The notes: generated by a model not told the origin, from the sequence alone. A DNA stretch of 63,247 bases from Candidatus Cloacimonadota bacterium (GCA_028702025.1 JAQVPR010000001.1:1-63247), one strand, 5' to 3'; counted from the first letter of the stretch, positions 7,937 to 18,059 are shown. Translations and numbers: made by a program.

Positions 7937-8508
7937 TATTCCTCCTTATATTCTTCGGATAATAATCTATCCAGTACAATCGCTACGGCACTTCGAACCG
8001 ATAGGTGATTATATTTTGATTTTGCTTGAATTGGTGATAAAATATAATCTGAGCTATTGAGAATTTCTTCACATAACCCGTTACCGGTGCCAAATAGTAA
8101 ATAAATCGGTCTTTGGCTTGACTTAATTAGTTCTTTTAGATTATAAAAACTAATTTGATTTTCTTTTGTTTGAGCGGTTGTAGTTATAATTATAGGATGA
8201 TTATTTTCCTGATTTTTTATTAAATTTACGGATTCATCTATTGATTTAGCAAACTTTATTACAGACAATGCATCGACGCGATGTTGGTTGTAAAAAGCTG
8301 CCATTTCTGTTTTCCAAAACCCAAGAATTTGGTTAAATATTTCTTTTTGTCTTTGATTTGGATGGATTAAAAAATAATTTTTAACGTTATATGACAAAGC
8401 TGATCTTGAAATGTCATGTACGTCAAGATTTGTAATACCCGAAGTGATTACTTCACCGGCTTTATTATATACCGGATAATGTACCAATCCAATGTAAATA
8501 TTTGTCAT
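7936..8508 (-). CDS. Putative SPOUT-class RNA methyltransferase (TM1570/PF09936-like)
   Basis: 190 aa. The N-terminus [34 protein letters not shown] and its position between trmD and rplS match the family as I recall it. The assignment rests on memory of the family, not on a search. Confidence 0.5.
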   Translation of the reverse strand: MTNIYIGLVHYPVYNKAGEVITSGITNLDVHDISRSALSYNVKNYFLIHPNQRQKEIFNQILGFWKTEMAAFYNQHRVDALSVIKFAKSIDESVNLIKNQENNHPIIITTTAQTKENQISFYNLKELIKSSQRPIYLLFGTGNGLCEEILNSSDYILSPIQAKSKYNHLSVRSAVAIVLDRLLSEEYKEE

Positions 8509-9200
8509 TTTTTCTCTAAAATATCAGGTCTAATTTTTTTTGTTAATTCGATAGCTTTTTTATTTCGCCATTTATTAATATTTTTATGGTTACCTGAAAT
8601 AAGAACTTCAGGTACTGTCATATTTTCGAATTCATAAGGTCTTGTATAATGAGGACATCCTAAAAGAGAATTTTCGTGGGAATCTGTTTTAGCTGAATCA
8701 GAATCGCTTAAAACACCATCTAAAAGACGAGATATAGCATCAATGAAAATCATTGCCGGTAGCTCTCCACCGGATAGGACATAATCTCCGATTGATATTT
8801 CATCTGTTACGTATCTATCTCTGATTCGTTGGTCAATTTCTTTATAGTGTCCGCATATTAATGTAATTTCAGAATTATGTGAATATTCTTTGATTATATT
8901 TTGATTTAAAAGACGACCTTGAGGGGTAAAATAAACAATCTGATCTTGTTGTTCTTGTTGTGTTTTATTATTTATAAATTTTAAAGCTTCAGCAATGGGC
9001 TCAGGTTTTATTACCATACCCGGACCTCCACCATACGGATAGTCATCTACTTGCCTATTTTTATCGTTTGAGAAATCTCGAATATCAATTAGATTAAGTT
9101 GCATTTCACCTTTTGATTGAGCAATAGCAGGAATACTTTCACTCAAAAAGTTGTAAAATATTGCCGGAAATAAGGTTAATACATTAATTATGATACTCAT
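8505..9200 (-). CDS. trmD: tRNA (guanine37-N1)-methyltransferase TrmD
   Basis: INVLTLFPAIF, DDYPYGGGPGMV and SIGDYVLSGGELPAM motifs, in the rimM-trmD-rplS synteny. Confidence 0.95.
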   Translation of the reverse strand: MSIIINVLTLFPAIFYNFLSESIPAIAQSKGEMQLNLIDIRDFSNDKNRQVDDYPYGGGPGMVIKPEPIAEALKFINNKTQQEQQDQIVYFTPQGRLLNQNIIKEYSHNSEITLICGHYKEIDQRIRDRYVTDEISIGDYVLSGGELPAMIFIDAISRLLDGVLSDSDSAKTDSHENSLLGCPHYTRPYEFENMTVPEVLISGNHKNINKWRNKKAIELTKKIRPDILEKK

Positions 9201-9715
9201 ATATCAATGAATTGATCTAAATCTTGTACTTTTATATAGCAATCTTTTAGATTAGTTTCTGTTACAAAAGCTTCAACATCAGGAATTAAAACGATTTTAC
9301 CGTCATTCATTTTGATTTCATAAACATCATGAGCTCCATTGAAAAAGAAGTTTTCAATGATTGCAACCTCTTGGTTATTCCAAACTACTTTCATTCCTAT
9401 AGGATCGAAATATTGGTTTGAGTTATCAATATTTATGATATCCTCTTCGTTTAAGCAAAGAGAAATTGAATGTTCTTGTTTGATTTCTTTTATAACATCA
9501 TCATCTAAGATTTCTAAATAGTATTGTTTTTCATCAATAATTTCTACAATGTTCACAGTTACATATCGCACTCTATGGTCTTTAAAGATCAAAAATACTT
9601 GTTTAAGATTAGATATAAAATCTTGGAATTCAGTTTTTGGTTTTAAAATAATCTTTTTTGGATTATTATGACTGAATTCCAAACTACCAATCTTAATTAA
9701 GTCTGAAATCTCCAT
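9197..9715 (-). CDS. rimM: 16S rRNA processing protein RimM
   Basis: 172 aa located between the KH protein and trmD. C-terminal PRC-barrel-like region (LIPDVEAFVTETNLKDCYIKV). Confidence 0.75.
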   Translation of the reverse strand: MEISDLIKIGSLEFSHNNPKKIILKPKTEFQDFISNLKQVFLIFKDHRVRYVTVNIVEIIDEKQYYLEILDDDVIKEIKQEHSISLCLNEEDIINIDNSNQYFDPIGMKVVWNNQEVAIIENFFFNGAHDVYEIKMNDGKIVLIPDVEAFVTETNLKDCYIKVQDLDQFIDI

Positions 9716-9945
9716 TATTCAATAATTTCGAGTTCAGCTCTTTTACCTTGTTTTGTTGAAACTGCGTTGAGGATAGTTCTAATAGCGAGGGCAGTTCTTC
9801 CTTTTTTCCCGATTATTTTACCAATATCATTTTTTGATACTCTTAATTCAAAGAGGGTTACTTTATCTCCGGTAACTTCATTGATTTGAACTTCAGCAGG
9901 GTCATCTACGAGGGATTTAACAATAAATTCTACTAATTCTTTCAT
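9715..9945 (-). CDS. KH-domain RNA-binding protein (YlqC/UPF0109)
   Basis: 76 aa with the [20 protein letters not shown] motif, located between rpsP and rimM. Confidence 0.85.
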   Translation of the reverse strand: MKELVEFIVKSLVDDPAEVQINEVTGDKVTLFELRVSKNDIGKIIGKKGRTALAIRTILNAVSTKQGKRAELEIIE

Positions 9946-9954
9946 TTTTTCCTC

Positions 9955-10245
9955 TTAGTTTTCCGGGGTTTGTTCAGTTTTAACAAAGCGCATTTCATGC
10001 CATTTTTTTAAAATCCCGGCTTTTCTAAATAAAGAACGCACAGTTTCTGAAGGTTGAGCACCTACTTTTAACCATTTTATAGCTTTTTCTTCATCAAGAT
10101 TGATAACAGCGGGATTATGTTTTGGGTCATAATACCCAATCTTATCGAGATATCTTCCGTCTCTTCTTTCTCTGGAATCGATCGCAATCACACGATAGAA
10201 TGGCTTATTAATTGAGCCCATTCTAGTTAAGCGAAGCTTTACCAT
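9955..10245 (-). CDS. rpsP: 30S ribosomal protein S16
   Basis: MVKLRLTRMGSINKPFYRVIAIDSRERRDGRYLDKIGYYDP is a canonical S16 N-terminus. Confidence 0.95.
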   Translation of the reverse strand: MVKLRLTRMGSINKPFYRVIAIDSRERRDGRYLDKIGYYDPKHNPAVINLDEEKAIKWLKVGAQPSETVRSLFRKAGILKKWHEMRFVKTEQTPEN

Positions 10246-10330
10246 TTCTACTCCTTTATCAGCATTAATCTTTTTTATTCTACAAAAAACACATATTTAC
10301 GGTTATATGAAAAAAGTCAAGCAAAAAATA

Positions 10331-11656
10331 TTAAAAAGGTAATTTCATATTTTTTAGAGCTTTTGATGAGGTCATTTTCTTCATCATTTTTTTCATATCC
10401 TCAAATTGTTTTAGTAATCTATTTACGTCTTGAACGGTTGTGCCACTACCCTTTGAAATTCTGATTCTACGGCTGCCATTAATAATATTGGGTTTTTCTC
10501 GTTCTTTGATTGTCATTGATCTTATAATTGCTTCTACTTTTTTTATTTGACTATCTTCAATTTTTACATTTTTCATAGCAGCTTGATTCATTCCTGGTAT
10601 CATTTTTAAGATTTGATCTAAGGGACCAAGTTTTTTTATTTGTTGTAACTGAGATAAAAAATCAGTAAAAGTGAATTGATTTTTTTTCATTTTCTCAGCC
10701 ATTTTTTCAGCTTCTTCTTCATTGATAGCTTCTTGTGCTTTTTCAACTAAACTTAAAACATCACCCATTCCAAGTATTCTGGAAGCCATTCTGTCAGCAT
10801 AGAAAGATTCTAAATCAGAAATCTTTTCTCCGGTACCTATAAATAAGACAGGTTTGTTAGTTACAGCCTTGATTGATAGAGCTGCTCCACCTCGAGAATC
10901 ACCATCAAGTTTTGTTAGAATAAGCCCTGTAAAGTCTAATAATTCATTAAATTCTTTTGCTACATTAACTGCATCTTGTCCGGTCATGGCATCAGCTACA
11001 AAGAATATATAATCCGGTTTAATAAAATCTTTTAATTTTTTTACTTCGTCCATCATATCTTTGTCAATATGTAAACGACCGGCAGTATCAAATATCATTA
11101 ATTGGATGTTTTCTTTTTTTGTCCATTCAATGGCTTTATCAGCTATTTTTATTATATTTTTCTCTTCAGTATCACTAATGACCGGAACACTTAATTGTTT
11201 ACCTAAAACTTCAAGCTGATGAATCGCAGCAGGTCTATAAACATCACATGCTACTAATACCGGTTTTAAATTATTTTTTTTCCTAAAATGGTTTGCTAAT
11301 TTTGCACAAGCAGTGGTTTTTCCTGAACCTTGTAAGCCTACTAACATTATTTTGTTTAAGCGGTTATTTTGCAATTCTATTTTTGTGTCGGTATTGTCCA
11401 TTAAGGTAATAAGTTGTTCGTGAACAATTTTGACTACTTGTTGCCCTGGTTGTAAACTTTTCATTACTTCTTGACCAATAGCTCTTTTTTCGACTTCGGT
11501 AACAAAGTTTTTAACAATTTTAAAGTTTACATCAGCTTCAAGTAATGCAAGTCTTATTTCACGCATCGCATCTTTAATGTTTTTTTCTGATAATTTTCCC
11601 ATACCTTTTAAATTGCGCATTACATTATCTAATTTTTCTGATAATCTATTAAACAT
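10331..11656 (-). CDS. ffh: Signal recognition particle protein Ffh
   Basis: N domain, G domain (GLQGSGKTTACAKLA, DTAGR, TKLDGD) and a Met-rich M domain at the C-terminus. Confidence 0.95.
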   Translation of the reverse strand: MFNRLSEKLDNVMRNLKGMGKLSEKNIKDAMREIRLALLEADVNFKIVKNFVTEVEKRAIGQEVMKSLQPGQQVVKIVHEQLITLMDNTDTKIELQNNRLNKIMLVGLQGSGKTTACAKLANHFRKKNNLKPVLVACDVYRPAAIHQLEVLGKQLSVPVISDTEEKNIIKIADKAIEWTKKENIQLMIFDTAGRLHIDKDMMDEVKKLKDFIKPDYIFFVADAMTGQDAVNVAKEFNELLDFTGLILTKLDGDSRGGAALSIKAVTNKPVLFIGTGEKISDLESFYADRMASRILGMGDVLSLVEKAQEAINEEEAEKMAEKMKKNQFTFTDFLSQLQQIKKLGPLDQILKMIPGMNQAAMKNVKIEDSQIKKVEAIIRSMTIKEREKPNIINGSRRIRISKGSGTTVQDVNRLLKQFEDMKKMMKKMTSSKALKNMKLPF

Positions 11657-12305
11657 TCAATAAGCTCCTGATAGCATTTTGATAATTTTTATTTCCAAAT
11701 ATATACGAACCGGCTACGATAATATCTGCTCCTGCATCTATAATTGGTTTGATAGTATGGTTATTTACTCCACCATCAATTTCAATTTTAAAATCTCTGT
11801 TACATCTAAGTGAATATTCTTTTAGATATTTTATTTTTTTTAAACTTGACTCTATAAATTTTTGACCACCAAAACCGGGATTTACACTCATTACTAATAC
11901 AAAGTCTAAATCTTCGATAATAGCATTGAGACTTTCAACAGGTGTGCCCGGATTTAAAGCTATACCTGCTTTCATATTACAAGCTTTAATTTTTTCGATT
12001 AATCTATGTGTATGATATACTGTTTCTAAATGAAAGGAGAAATATGTTATTCCTAACTCAGCAAGTGGTTCTATATAAAAGTCGGGATTTTTTACCATCA
12101 GATGTGCATCCATCGGTATTGAAGTTGAATTTTTTATTGATTTAATAATAGGTATTCCAAAGGTAAGGTTTGGGACAAAATGGCCATCCATAATGTCAAG
12201 GTGTAATATATCAGCTCCGGCATCAATGATGCTTTTGATTTCTTGGTTTAGATTCCCAAAGTCAGCTGAAAGTAGAGAAGGTGCTATAAGTATTTCTTTT
12301 TTCAT
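11649..12305 (-). CDS. rpe: Ribulose-phosphate 3-epimerase
   Basis: IAPSLLSADFGNL, HLDIMDGHFVPN, VNPGFGGQKF and IEIDGG motifs. Confidence 0.9.
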   Translation of the reverse strand: MKKEILIAPSLLSADFGNLNQEIKSIIDAGADILHLDIMDGHFVPNLTFGIPIIKSIKNSTSIPMDAHLMVKNPDFYIEPLAELGITYFSFHLETVYHTHRLIEKIKACNMKAGIALNPGTPVESLNAIIEDLDFVLVMSVNPGFGGQKFIESSLKKIKYLKEYSLRCNRDFKIEIDGGVNNHTIKPIIDAGADIIVAGSYIFGNKNYQNAIRSLLNV

Positions 12306-12310
12306 TTTTT

Positions 12311-12586
12311 TTAAACTGTAAACAAAATATTGTCAATTTCAATATTTGTTTTTTCTTTCATTTTTTTTATTATATCCGGTCTGTGTAAGATAAATTCTTG
12401 CATCCAAACATGGTTACAAACTTTTACATAAAGGATTTTACGTTCATATTTTAAAATTTGAGATCGCTCTGAAAGTAAGTTACCAACGATATACTTCCAA
12501 TTCAGAGCGATTACAACTAATTCTTGATATTTATTTCCGGCAATTCGGAATAGTAAATTTTTTATAGAAGAATTGATTCTATTCAT
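12311..12586 (-). CDS. DUF721/DciA-like small protein
   Basis: 91 aa. WKYIVGNLLSERSQILKYERKILYVKVCNHVWMQEF fits the DUF721 pattern (W..vvG....hs.p..l..g.L.v.v.s..w..eL). Confidence 0.5.
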   Translation of the reverse strand: MNRINSSIKNLLFRIAGNKYQELVVIALNWKYIVGNLLSERSQILKYERKILYVKVCNHVWMQEFILHRPDIIKKMKEKTNIEIDNILFTV

Positions 12587-13151
12587 TAGTTTTGATTAAT
12601 TTTTTTGCTAATGCACTCATACCTGTCCAAGCAACAATAGCCTCAAGGAGAGTGATGTAATACACCATTCCCATAGTACTATATGAATTATCATAACCTG
12701 AAATGCCAATAGCAGGTATAGCGGCAGTTGCTAATAATACTAAATAACCGATATATGCAAAAACTTTATTTTTTTTGCTATAACAATTAATTAACCATAT
12801 ACCGGCAACTCCAAGGATTAACATAACGATTGTGATTAAGAAAATTGGGAAAAATGAGATTAACCCCGGTCTGTATTTGATCATCAAAAAGGCAGGTAAA
12901 AATAATGATATTAAGCTTAATCCACCACCAATAATATAAGGCATAAATGAGGAACTTTTCATATCTTCAAAGGAATGTCTTTTGTGTTTTGTAGAATATA
13001 AGTAGATTAATCCTAAAATTACAATCATTGTTAGGGCATAAACCGGAACCATTAAGCCCGGACTTTCGGTCCCTAATCCTATAGCTGCAAATGCAGATAT
13101 AAAAATTAACCAGGCAAGAATTTTGCCTATAAGCAAGAGTATCTGTTTCAT
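12579..13151 (-). CDS. Integral membrane protein, unknown function
   Basis: 190 aa with about 6 hydrophobic helices. It overlaps the downstream gene start by 8 nt. No family recognised. Confidence 0.55.
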   Translation of the reverse strand: MKQILLLIGKILAWLIFISAFAAIGLGTESPGLMVPVYALTMIVILGLIYLYSTKHKRHSFEDMKSSSFMPYIIGGGLSLISLFLPAFLMIKYRPGLISFFPIFLITIVMLILGVAGIWLINCYSKKNKVFAYIGYLVLLATAAIPAIGISGYDNSYSTMGMVYYITLLEAIVAWTGMSALAKKLIKTNE

Positions 13152-13209
13152 AGAGTCCTCCGTTTTTTAAATAAAAATGACATGGAATAATCCATGTCAT
13201 TTAATAATT

Positions 13210-13656
13210 TTAAATAGTAGCTTCTACCTTAACTTTTAACATAGCTGTTATTTCTGAAGTAAAAGCAATCTTAACTTCGTATTCACCGGTTGTTTTAATA
13301 TGTTTATCCATAATTATATGGTTTTTTTGACAGTTGATATTATTGTCTGATAAGTAATTGATAATGTCAATTTCTGCAACAGAACCAAATAAGCGACCGT
13401 CTTCTTCTGCTCTTCTGGAAAAACAAGCTGAAAGTTGTGATATCTTATCTGCCATAGATCTGTATTCAGCATTTTTTTGATCTGCTTTAGCTTTGGCATC
13501 AGCTTGAATTTGTTCAATCTTTTTAAGATTGTGAATATTAGCTAAAATAGCTAATTTTTGCGGTAAAAGATAATTTCTTGCAAATCCATCTTTTACATTT
13601 ATTACCTGTCCGGCATTTCCAACTTTTTCAATAGTTTCAGTTAGAATTATTTTCAT
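13210..13656 (-). CDS. rplI: 50S ribosomal protein L9
   Basis: MKIILTETIEKVGNAGQVINVKDGFARNYLLPQKLA is a canonical L9 N-terminus. I placed the start at M20 of the track ORF, because the longer ORF would overlap the upstream gene. Confidence 0.9.
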   Translation of the reverse strand: MKIILTETIEKVGNAGQVINVKDGFARNYLLPQKLAILANIHNLKKIEQIQADAKAKADQKNAEYRSMADKISQLSACFSRRAEEDGRLFGSVAEIDIINYLSDNNINCQKNHIIMDKHIKTTGEYEVKIAFTSEITAMLKVKVEATI

Positions 13657-14521
13657 GTGAATCCTCCAATTGAGATAAATTTCTAAAATCGAACCAATTA
13701 TCAAATAGCCCAATAACAGAAATAAATAAAACTAAATATGGATTTAATATCAAAGAAAAAATTGCAATAATTAATAAGATTTTTGATAGTAAAAACCAAT
13801 ATCCAATTTTTTTTTGTATTATTGCAATCCCTTGAATGAAGAATAACGGAACAAGTGCAATTAAATAATTAATTGCTATGATTTTTGTCGGATTAATGAC
13901 TGTTAAAGCTAATGCTATTACAAATGTATATATTACAAATACATTTGTGCGATACTTTTTAAGAATATTTATGTGAAAATATCCCTTTGAAAAAAAGTAA
14001 TACGCAATCATTAAACATAATAAAAAAGTTCCTATCCAAATTCCGGGGCTATATTTTAAGTAAAATTCTTTAGTTATTTCGACCATATCCATAAATAATT
14101 GAAATTGTTCAGGGTTGTCATTAAACCTTGAACTCAAAATTTTTATAGCTTCATCAACCGAACGTTTATAATCTGCAAAAATTGTTTTTGCAAATATTAA
14201 CTGGCGGATTAGCATAAATAAAGAGTTATAAAAAAGAAGAATCATAAAAATTATGTCAATGTTAAATTTCTTTTTTAAAAACTCAAAGACCAGAAATATG
14301 CTTAGACCGACTCCAAATACAATATTTATTAATTGTATATGGTTAATAATTCCAAGAAACCAAGTAATTATACTTGCAGTAACCCAGATAAAGAAAAAAT
14401 GTAAATTTGCTTGTTTCTTTTCGTATAGCATTTTCCCTGAAGTTGGTATGATAAATAAAGTACCAACAGCAGGTGAAAAAATACTAATTAATAAACCGAT
14501 TAAGCCAATCCAAGGTATCAT
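13637..14521 (-). CDS. DUF2232 (YybS-like) polytopic membrane protein
   Basis: 294 aa with many TM helices, located between rpsR and rplI as yybS is in Firmicutes. Confidence 0.55.
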   Translation of the reverse strand: MIPWIGLIGLLISIFSPAVGTLFIIPTSGKMLYEKKQANLHFFFIWVTASIITWFLGIINHIQLINIVFGVGLSIFLVFEFLKKKFNIDIIFMILLFYNSLFMLIRQLIFAKTIFADYKRSVDEAIKILSSRFNDNPEQFQLFMDMVEITKEFYLKYSPGIWIGTFLLCLMIAYYFFSKGYFHINILKKYRTNVFVIYTFVIALALTVINPTKIIAINYLIALVPLFFIQGIAIIQKKIGYWFLLSKILLIIAIFSLILNPYLVLFISVIGLFDNWFDFRNLSQLEDSHENNSN

Positions 14522-14524
14522 ATA

Positions 14525-14761
14525 TTAGTCTGCTATGTAAGGCAATAAAGCCATTTGACGAGCTTTTTTGATTTCTCTACTAACTTGTCTTTGATGTTTA
14601 GCACAAGTTCCGGTAATTCTTCTTGGTTCGATTTTACCGGTATCTGATACGTAATTTTTTAAAACGTCAGTACTTTTATAATCAATTTGAAGCTCTCTAT
14701 TTGCACAAAATCTACATATTTTTTTCTTAAAACGTGAAGATCTTTTTTTGTCGTAAGCCAT
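14525..14761 (-). CDS. rpsR: 30S ribosomal protein S18
   Basis: [49 protein letters not shown] is a typical S18 sequence. Confidence 0.95.
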   Translation of the reverse strand: MAYDKKRSSRFKKKICRFCANRELQIDYKSTDVLKNYVSDTGKIEPRRITGTCAKHQRQVSREIKKARQMALLPYIAD

Positions 14762-14778
14762 AATGTAACTCCTTGTAT

Positions 14779-15288
14779 TTAGAATGGAAGATCATCTTCT
14801 GTATTTGAATCGTTTAAATCCGGTTCATAATTGGTATTATTTTTAATACTTTGATCTTCTTGATAATTTTGTTGTTTAGAATAATTGTTTTCTTGATAGT
14901 TTTGTTGTTGAGTGCCGGAATAATTGCTATTATAGTTATCATCTCTTTCAAGAGGATAAACTCTTGCAATCATAATTTCAGTGACTTTTCGATTTTGATT
15001 ATTTTGGTCAGTATATGTGTGAGTTTTTAAAGCACCTTCCACGATTACAGGACTACCTTTTTTTAATGATTCTTGACAAATCTGAGCAGTTTTTCCAAAA
15101 GCAACAGCATCAATAAAGCTTGCTTGGGTTTGTTGATTACCAAATTCATCTTTATAATAATGATCAACTGCTAGAGTTATTTTTGCTACAGGTAAATTAT
15201 TGTTAGTATATTTTAAGTCAATGTCGCGAGTCATTCGTCCTGAAATAACAACATTATTTATGCGTGGAAATCTTAATAATCCACTCAT
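14779..15288 (-). CDS. ssb: Single-stranded DNA-binding protein
   Basis: OB fold ([18 protein letters not shown]), a Q/N/Y-rich linker and the acidic tip DDLPF. rpsF-ssb-rpsR synteny. Confidence 0.9.
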   Translation of the reverse strand: MSGLLRFPRINNVVISGRMTRDIDLKYTNNNLPVAKITLAVDHYYKDEFGNQQTQASFIDAVAFGKTAQICQESLKKGSPVIVEGALKTHTYTDQNNQNRKVTEIMIARVYPLERDDNYNSNYSGTQQQNYQENNYSKQQNYQEDQSIKNNTNYEPDLNDSNTEDDLPF

Positions 15289-15296
15289 AATTACTC

Positions 15297-15593
15297 CTAT
15301 TCTTCTGCATCAAGTTTGATTACATTATGACGAATAATTTTTTCGTTAAGTCTGTAATGTCTATCAATTTCATTAATTTTTTGTGTATCCAGATTAAAGT
15401 AATTAATCAGATAAAAACCTTCACGAAATTTCATAATTTCATAGGCAAGTTGTTTTTTGCCCCATGTGTCTGTTTTAATGAATTCACCACCTAATTCTGA
15501 AATCAAATCAAGAATCTTTTTGTTTTCTTTTTCGATATCTTCATTTGAAAGATTAGGTGCTAATATGATCATACTTTCATATTTGCCGATCAT
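15297..15593 (-). CDS. rpsF: 30S ribosomal protein S6
   Basis: YESMIILAPNLSNEDIEK...WGKKQLAYEI is a typical S6 sequence. Confidence 0.9.
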   Translation of the reverse strand: MIGKYESMIILAPNLSNEDIEKENKKILDLISELGGEFIKTDTWGKKQLAYEIMKFREGFYLINYFNLDTQKINEIDRHYRLNEKIIRHNVIKLDAEE

Positions 15594-15596
15594 AAT

Positions 15597-16187
15597 TTAA
15601 GTTCCTCCTTTGGTCTTAGATTCTGAAATTAAGCTTTCAGAATAGGATTTTTTATTTTTACTATAAAAATCCAACATTGACTGAAATCCTCTGGCGATAA
15701 AACAGTCTATAAGTTGAATAGAAAAATCAACTATCTTTTCAAGTTGCAGGCTTTCATTGATATTAAAATCTTCCAGTACGTATTTTTTTAGTAAAGCTTG
15801 GTTTTCAGGTTCACCTACTCCAATACGTATTCTCATAAAGTTCGCTGTCCCTAACTCATGAATGATAGATTTTAAACCATTATGACCACCATCACCACCA
15901 TTTTGTCTTAATCTTATTTCAGCAAAAGGCAGGTTTATGTCGTCACAGATCACAATTGTTTCGTCAAAGTCAGGAAATAACTTTTTTATAGCTAATCCAC
16001 TTAAATTCATATAAGTTAGTGGTTTTACTAAAGTAAAATTATTCCTTTTTGCAATCAAAGAATTTGATTCTTGTTTAAAGTTTAGCTTTCTTTTTTTTGC
16101 AAATCTATCTAAAATTATAAAGCCTATATTATGTCTATTAAGTTGATATTCCGCTCCGGGATTACCAAGTCCCGCAATTAATTTCAT
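15597..16187 (-). CDS. pth: Peptidyl-tRNA hydrolase
   Basis: MKLIAGLGNPGAEYQLNRHNIGF and GGHNGLKSI motifs. Confidence 0.95.
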   Translation of the reverse strand: MKLIAGLGNPGAEYQLNRHNIGFIILDRFAKKRKLNFKQESNSLIAKRNNFTLVKPLTYMNLSGLAIKKLFPDFDETIVICDDINLPFAEIRLRQNGGDGGHNGLKSIIHELGTANFMRIRIGVGEPENQALLKKYVLEDFNINESLQLEKIVDFSIQLIDCFIARGFQSMLDFYSKNKKSYSESLISESKTKGGT

Positions 16188-16190
16188 TAA

Positions 16191-16796
16191 TTATTCTGTT
16201 TTCTCTACTACTGTATCTGTTGTTTCTTCATCTTCAGTTGTTTTTTCTGCTTTTGGTGAGTGAATTGAGACAACAGCAATATTACCTGAATCTTTAATTG
16301 TTACGTTTTCAATATTTAAATCTTTGATATAAATTGTATCGCCTAAATTAAGATTTTCAATATTTAAAGGAATGTCTTCGGGTATATGGCGAGGTAGACA
16401 AGAAACTTCTACTTCTCTAACGGTTATTTCCAAAATTCCGCCTTCTTTGATTGAAGCCGGGGTTCCAATAAATTTAATTGGGACAGATAAAGATAATTCT
16501 TTACCCTTATGAAGTTCTAAGAAATCGACATGTAAAAACTCACGACTTACAGGATGCATCTGACGAGATTTAACAATCGCCTGTAAATCATTACCATTTA
16601 AGGTTAAGTTAAAAACAGCAACTTCTCTTATACTCTTTCTATAGAGTTTTAAGAACTCATTTGCCGGGACCGATATATTTATACCGGGCTGTCCTTCTGA
16701 GTAAATAACAGCGGGTATTTGACCGCTTTTTCTAAGGTTCTTTCTCTCGGATTTTTTACCAAGTTCACGAGATTGAACAGCTAAATTGAGTATCAT
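16191..16796 (-). CDS. 50S ribosomal protein L25/general stress protein Ctc
   Basis: LRKSGQIPAVIYSEGQ, PVSREFLHVDF and an acidic C-terminal tail. A GGAGG lies 5 nt before M8 of the track ORF, so the start is set at 16796. Confidence 0.85.
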   Translation of the reverse strand: MILNLAVQSRELGKKSERKNLRKSGQIPAVIYSEGQPGINISVPANEFLKLYRKSIREVAVFNLTLNGNDLQAIVKSRQMHPVSREFLHVDFLELHKGKELSLSVPIKFIGTPASIKEGGILEITVREVEVSCLPRHIPEDIPLNIENLNLGDTIYIKDLNIENVTIKDSGNIAVVSIHSPKAEKTTEDEETTDTVVEKTE

Positions 16797-16813
16797 TTTT
16801 CCTCCAGAAGTTA

Positions 16814-17764
16814 TCATCTAAATAATATGCTTATAGATTCCTCAAGATGAATCTTTTTAATTGCAGAAGCAAGCAATTCTGCAATGGACAGCTGAATAAT
16901 TTTTTTACATAGTTTTTTATCCTCACTGAGAGGTATAGAGTTTGTAATAAACAAGTTATCAATAGGAGATTGATTAAGATTTTTAATTGCATTTTTTGAT
17001 AATACACCATGAACACAACAAGCAAATATTTGTTTAGCTCCTTGTTCGGCTAACTTTGCTGCTATTTTTGTTAGTGAGCCGCCTGTATCGATAATATCAT
17101 CGTAAAGAATAGCAATTTTACCTTGTACATCGCCAATGACATTTAATACTTCAGCATTGTTATCATTGCCAATCCTTCTTTTATCTCCAATTGCTAATGA
17201 ACAATTAAGCCTTTTTGCAAAAGCTCTTGCTCGGTTTGCACCACCTGAATCAGGAGAGACAACAACCATTTCTTCAGGGTTGATATCTAAACTTTTAAAG
17301 TACCTTACAAATATTGGCATTGAATATAAGTGGTCTACAGGTATATTAAAAAATCCTTGAATTTGGTCAGCATGTAAATCTACAGTAATAACTCTATCTG
17401 CACCGGCGACAGTTATCAAATCTGCAACTAATTTTGCAGTAATTGGAACTCTCGGCTGGTCTTTTTTATCAGAACGTGCATAACCGTAATATGGTATAAT
17501 ACAACTAATTCGGGCTGCTGATGCTCTTTTTAATGCATCAATCATAATTAACAATTCCATCATATTATCATTAACCGGATAACATGTAGATTGTACTATA
17601 AAAACATCTGAGCCTCTAACGTTATCATTGATTTTTACAAAAGTATCATCATTGCTAAATTTAAATACTTCTGCATCACTCAATGGAATTCCGGCAAAGG
17701 AAGCTACTTCCTTTGCCAGATTTGGATTAGAATTTCCGGTAAATATTTTTAATTTTGAAAACAT
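16814..17764 (-). CDS. prs: Ribose-phosphate pyrophosphokinase
   Basis: IFTGNSNPNLAKEVA, PYYGYARSDKK, VSPDSGG and DDIIDTGGS motifs. Confidence 0.95.
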   Translation of the reverse strand: MFSKLKIFTGNSNPNLAKEVASFAGIPLSDAEVFKFSNDDTFVKINDNVRGSDVFIVQSTCYPVNDNMMELLIMIDALKRASAARISCIIPYYGYARSDKKDQPRVPITAKLVADLITVAGADRVITVDLHADQIQGFFNIPVDHLYSMPIFVRYFKSLDINPEEMVVVSPDSGGANRARAFAKRLNCSLAIGDKRRIGNDNNAEVLNVIGDVQGKIAILYDDIIDTGGSLTKIAAKLAEQGAKQIFACCVHGVLSKNAIKNLNQSPIDNLFITNSIPLSEDKKLCKKIIQLSIAELLASAIKKIHLEESISILFR

Positions 17765-17783
17765 ATGCCTCTAATTAGAATTC

Positions 17784-18059
17784 CTATTCTGCCATTTCAG
17801 GTTGTTCTTTTAAAGCTTCATTATATTTTTCAATAACAAGCTTTTCGATTTCATTTCTTGTTTCAGTGTTCAACGGATGAGCAATATCACGATATTCGCC
17901 ATTTTTGTTTTTTTGACTTGGCATTGCGATAAAAAGTCCGTTTTTTCCTTCAATAACTTTGATGTTTTTGATGATAAAAGCATCATCAATAACGATATTA
18001 GCAAAAGCTTTTAGTGGGTCTGCAGGACGAAGAAATACTTTAACGTCTGTGATGTTCAT
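17784..18059 (-). CDS. spoVG: Septation protein SpoVG
   Basis: MNITDVKVFLRPADPLKAFANIVIDDAFIIKNIKVIEGKNGLFIAMPS is a canonical SpoVG sequence. Confidence 0.9.
   Translation of the reverse strand: MNITDVKVFLRPADPLKAFANIVIDDAFIIKNIKVIEGKNGLFIAMPSQKNKNGEYRDIAHPLNTETRNEIEKLVIEKYNEALKEQPEMAE

Noticed and set aside
13657-13713. 19-aa N-terminal extension of the rplI ORF
   Set aside because: The canonical L9 N-terminus (MKIILTETIEKVG) starts at M20. The extension would overlap the DUF2232 gene by 77 nt.
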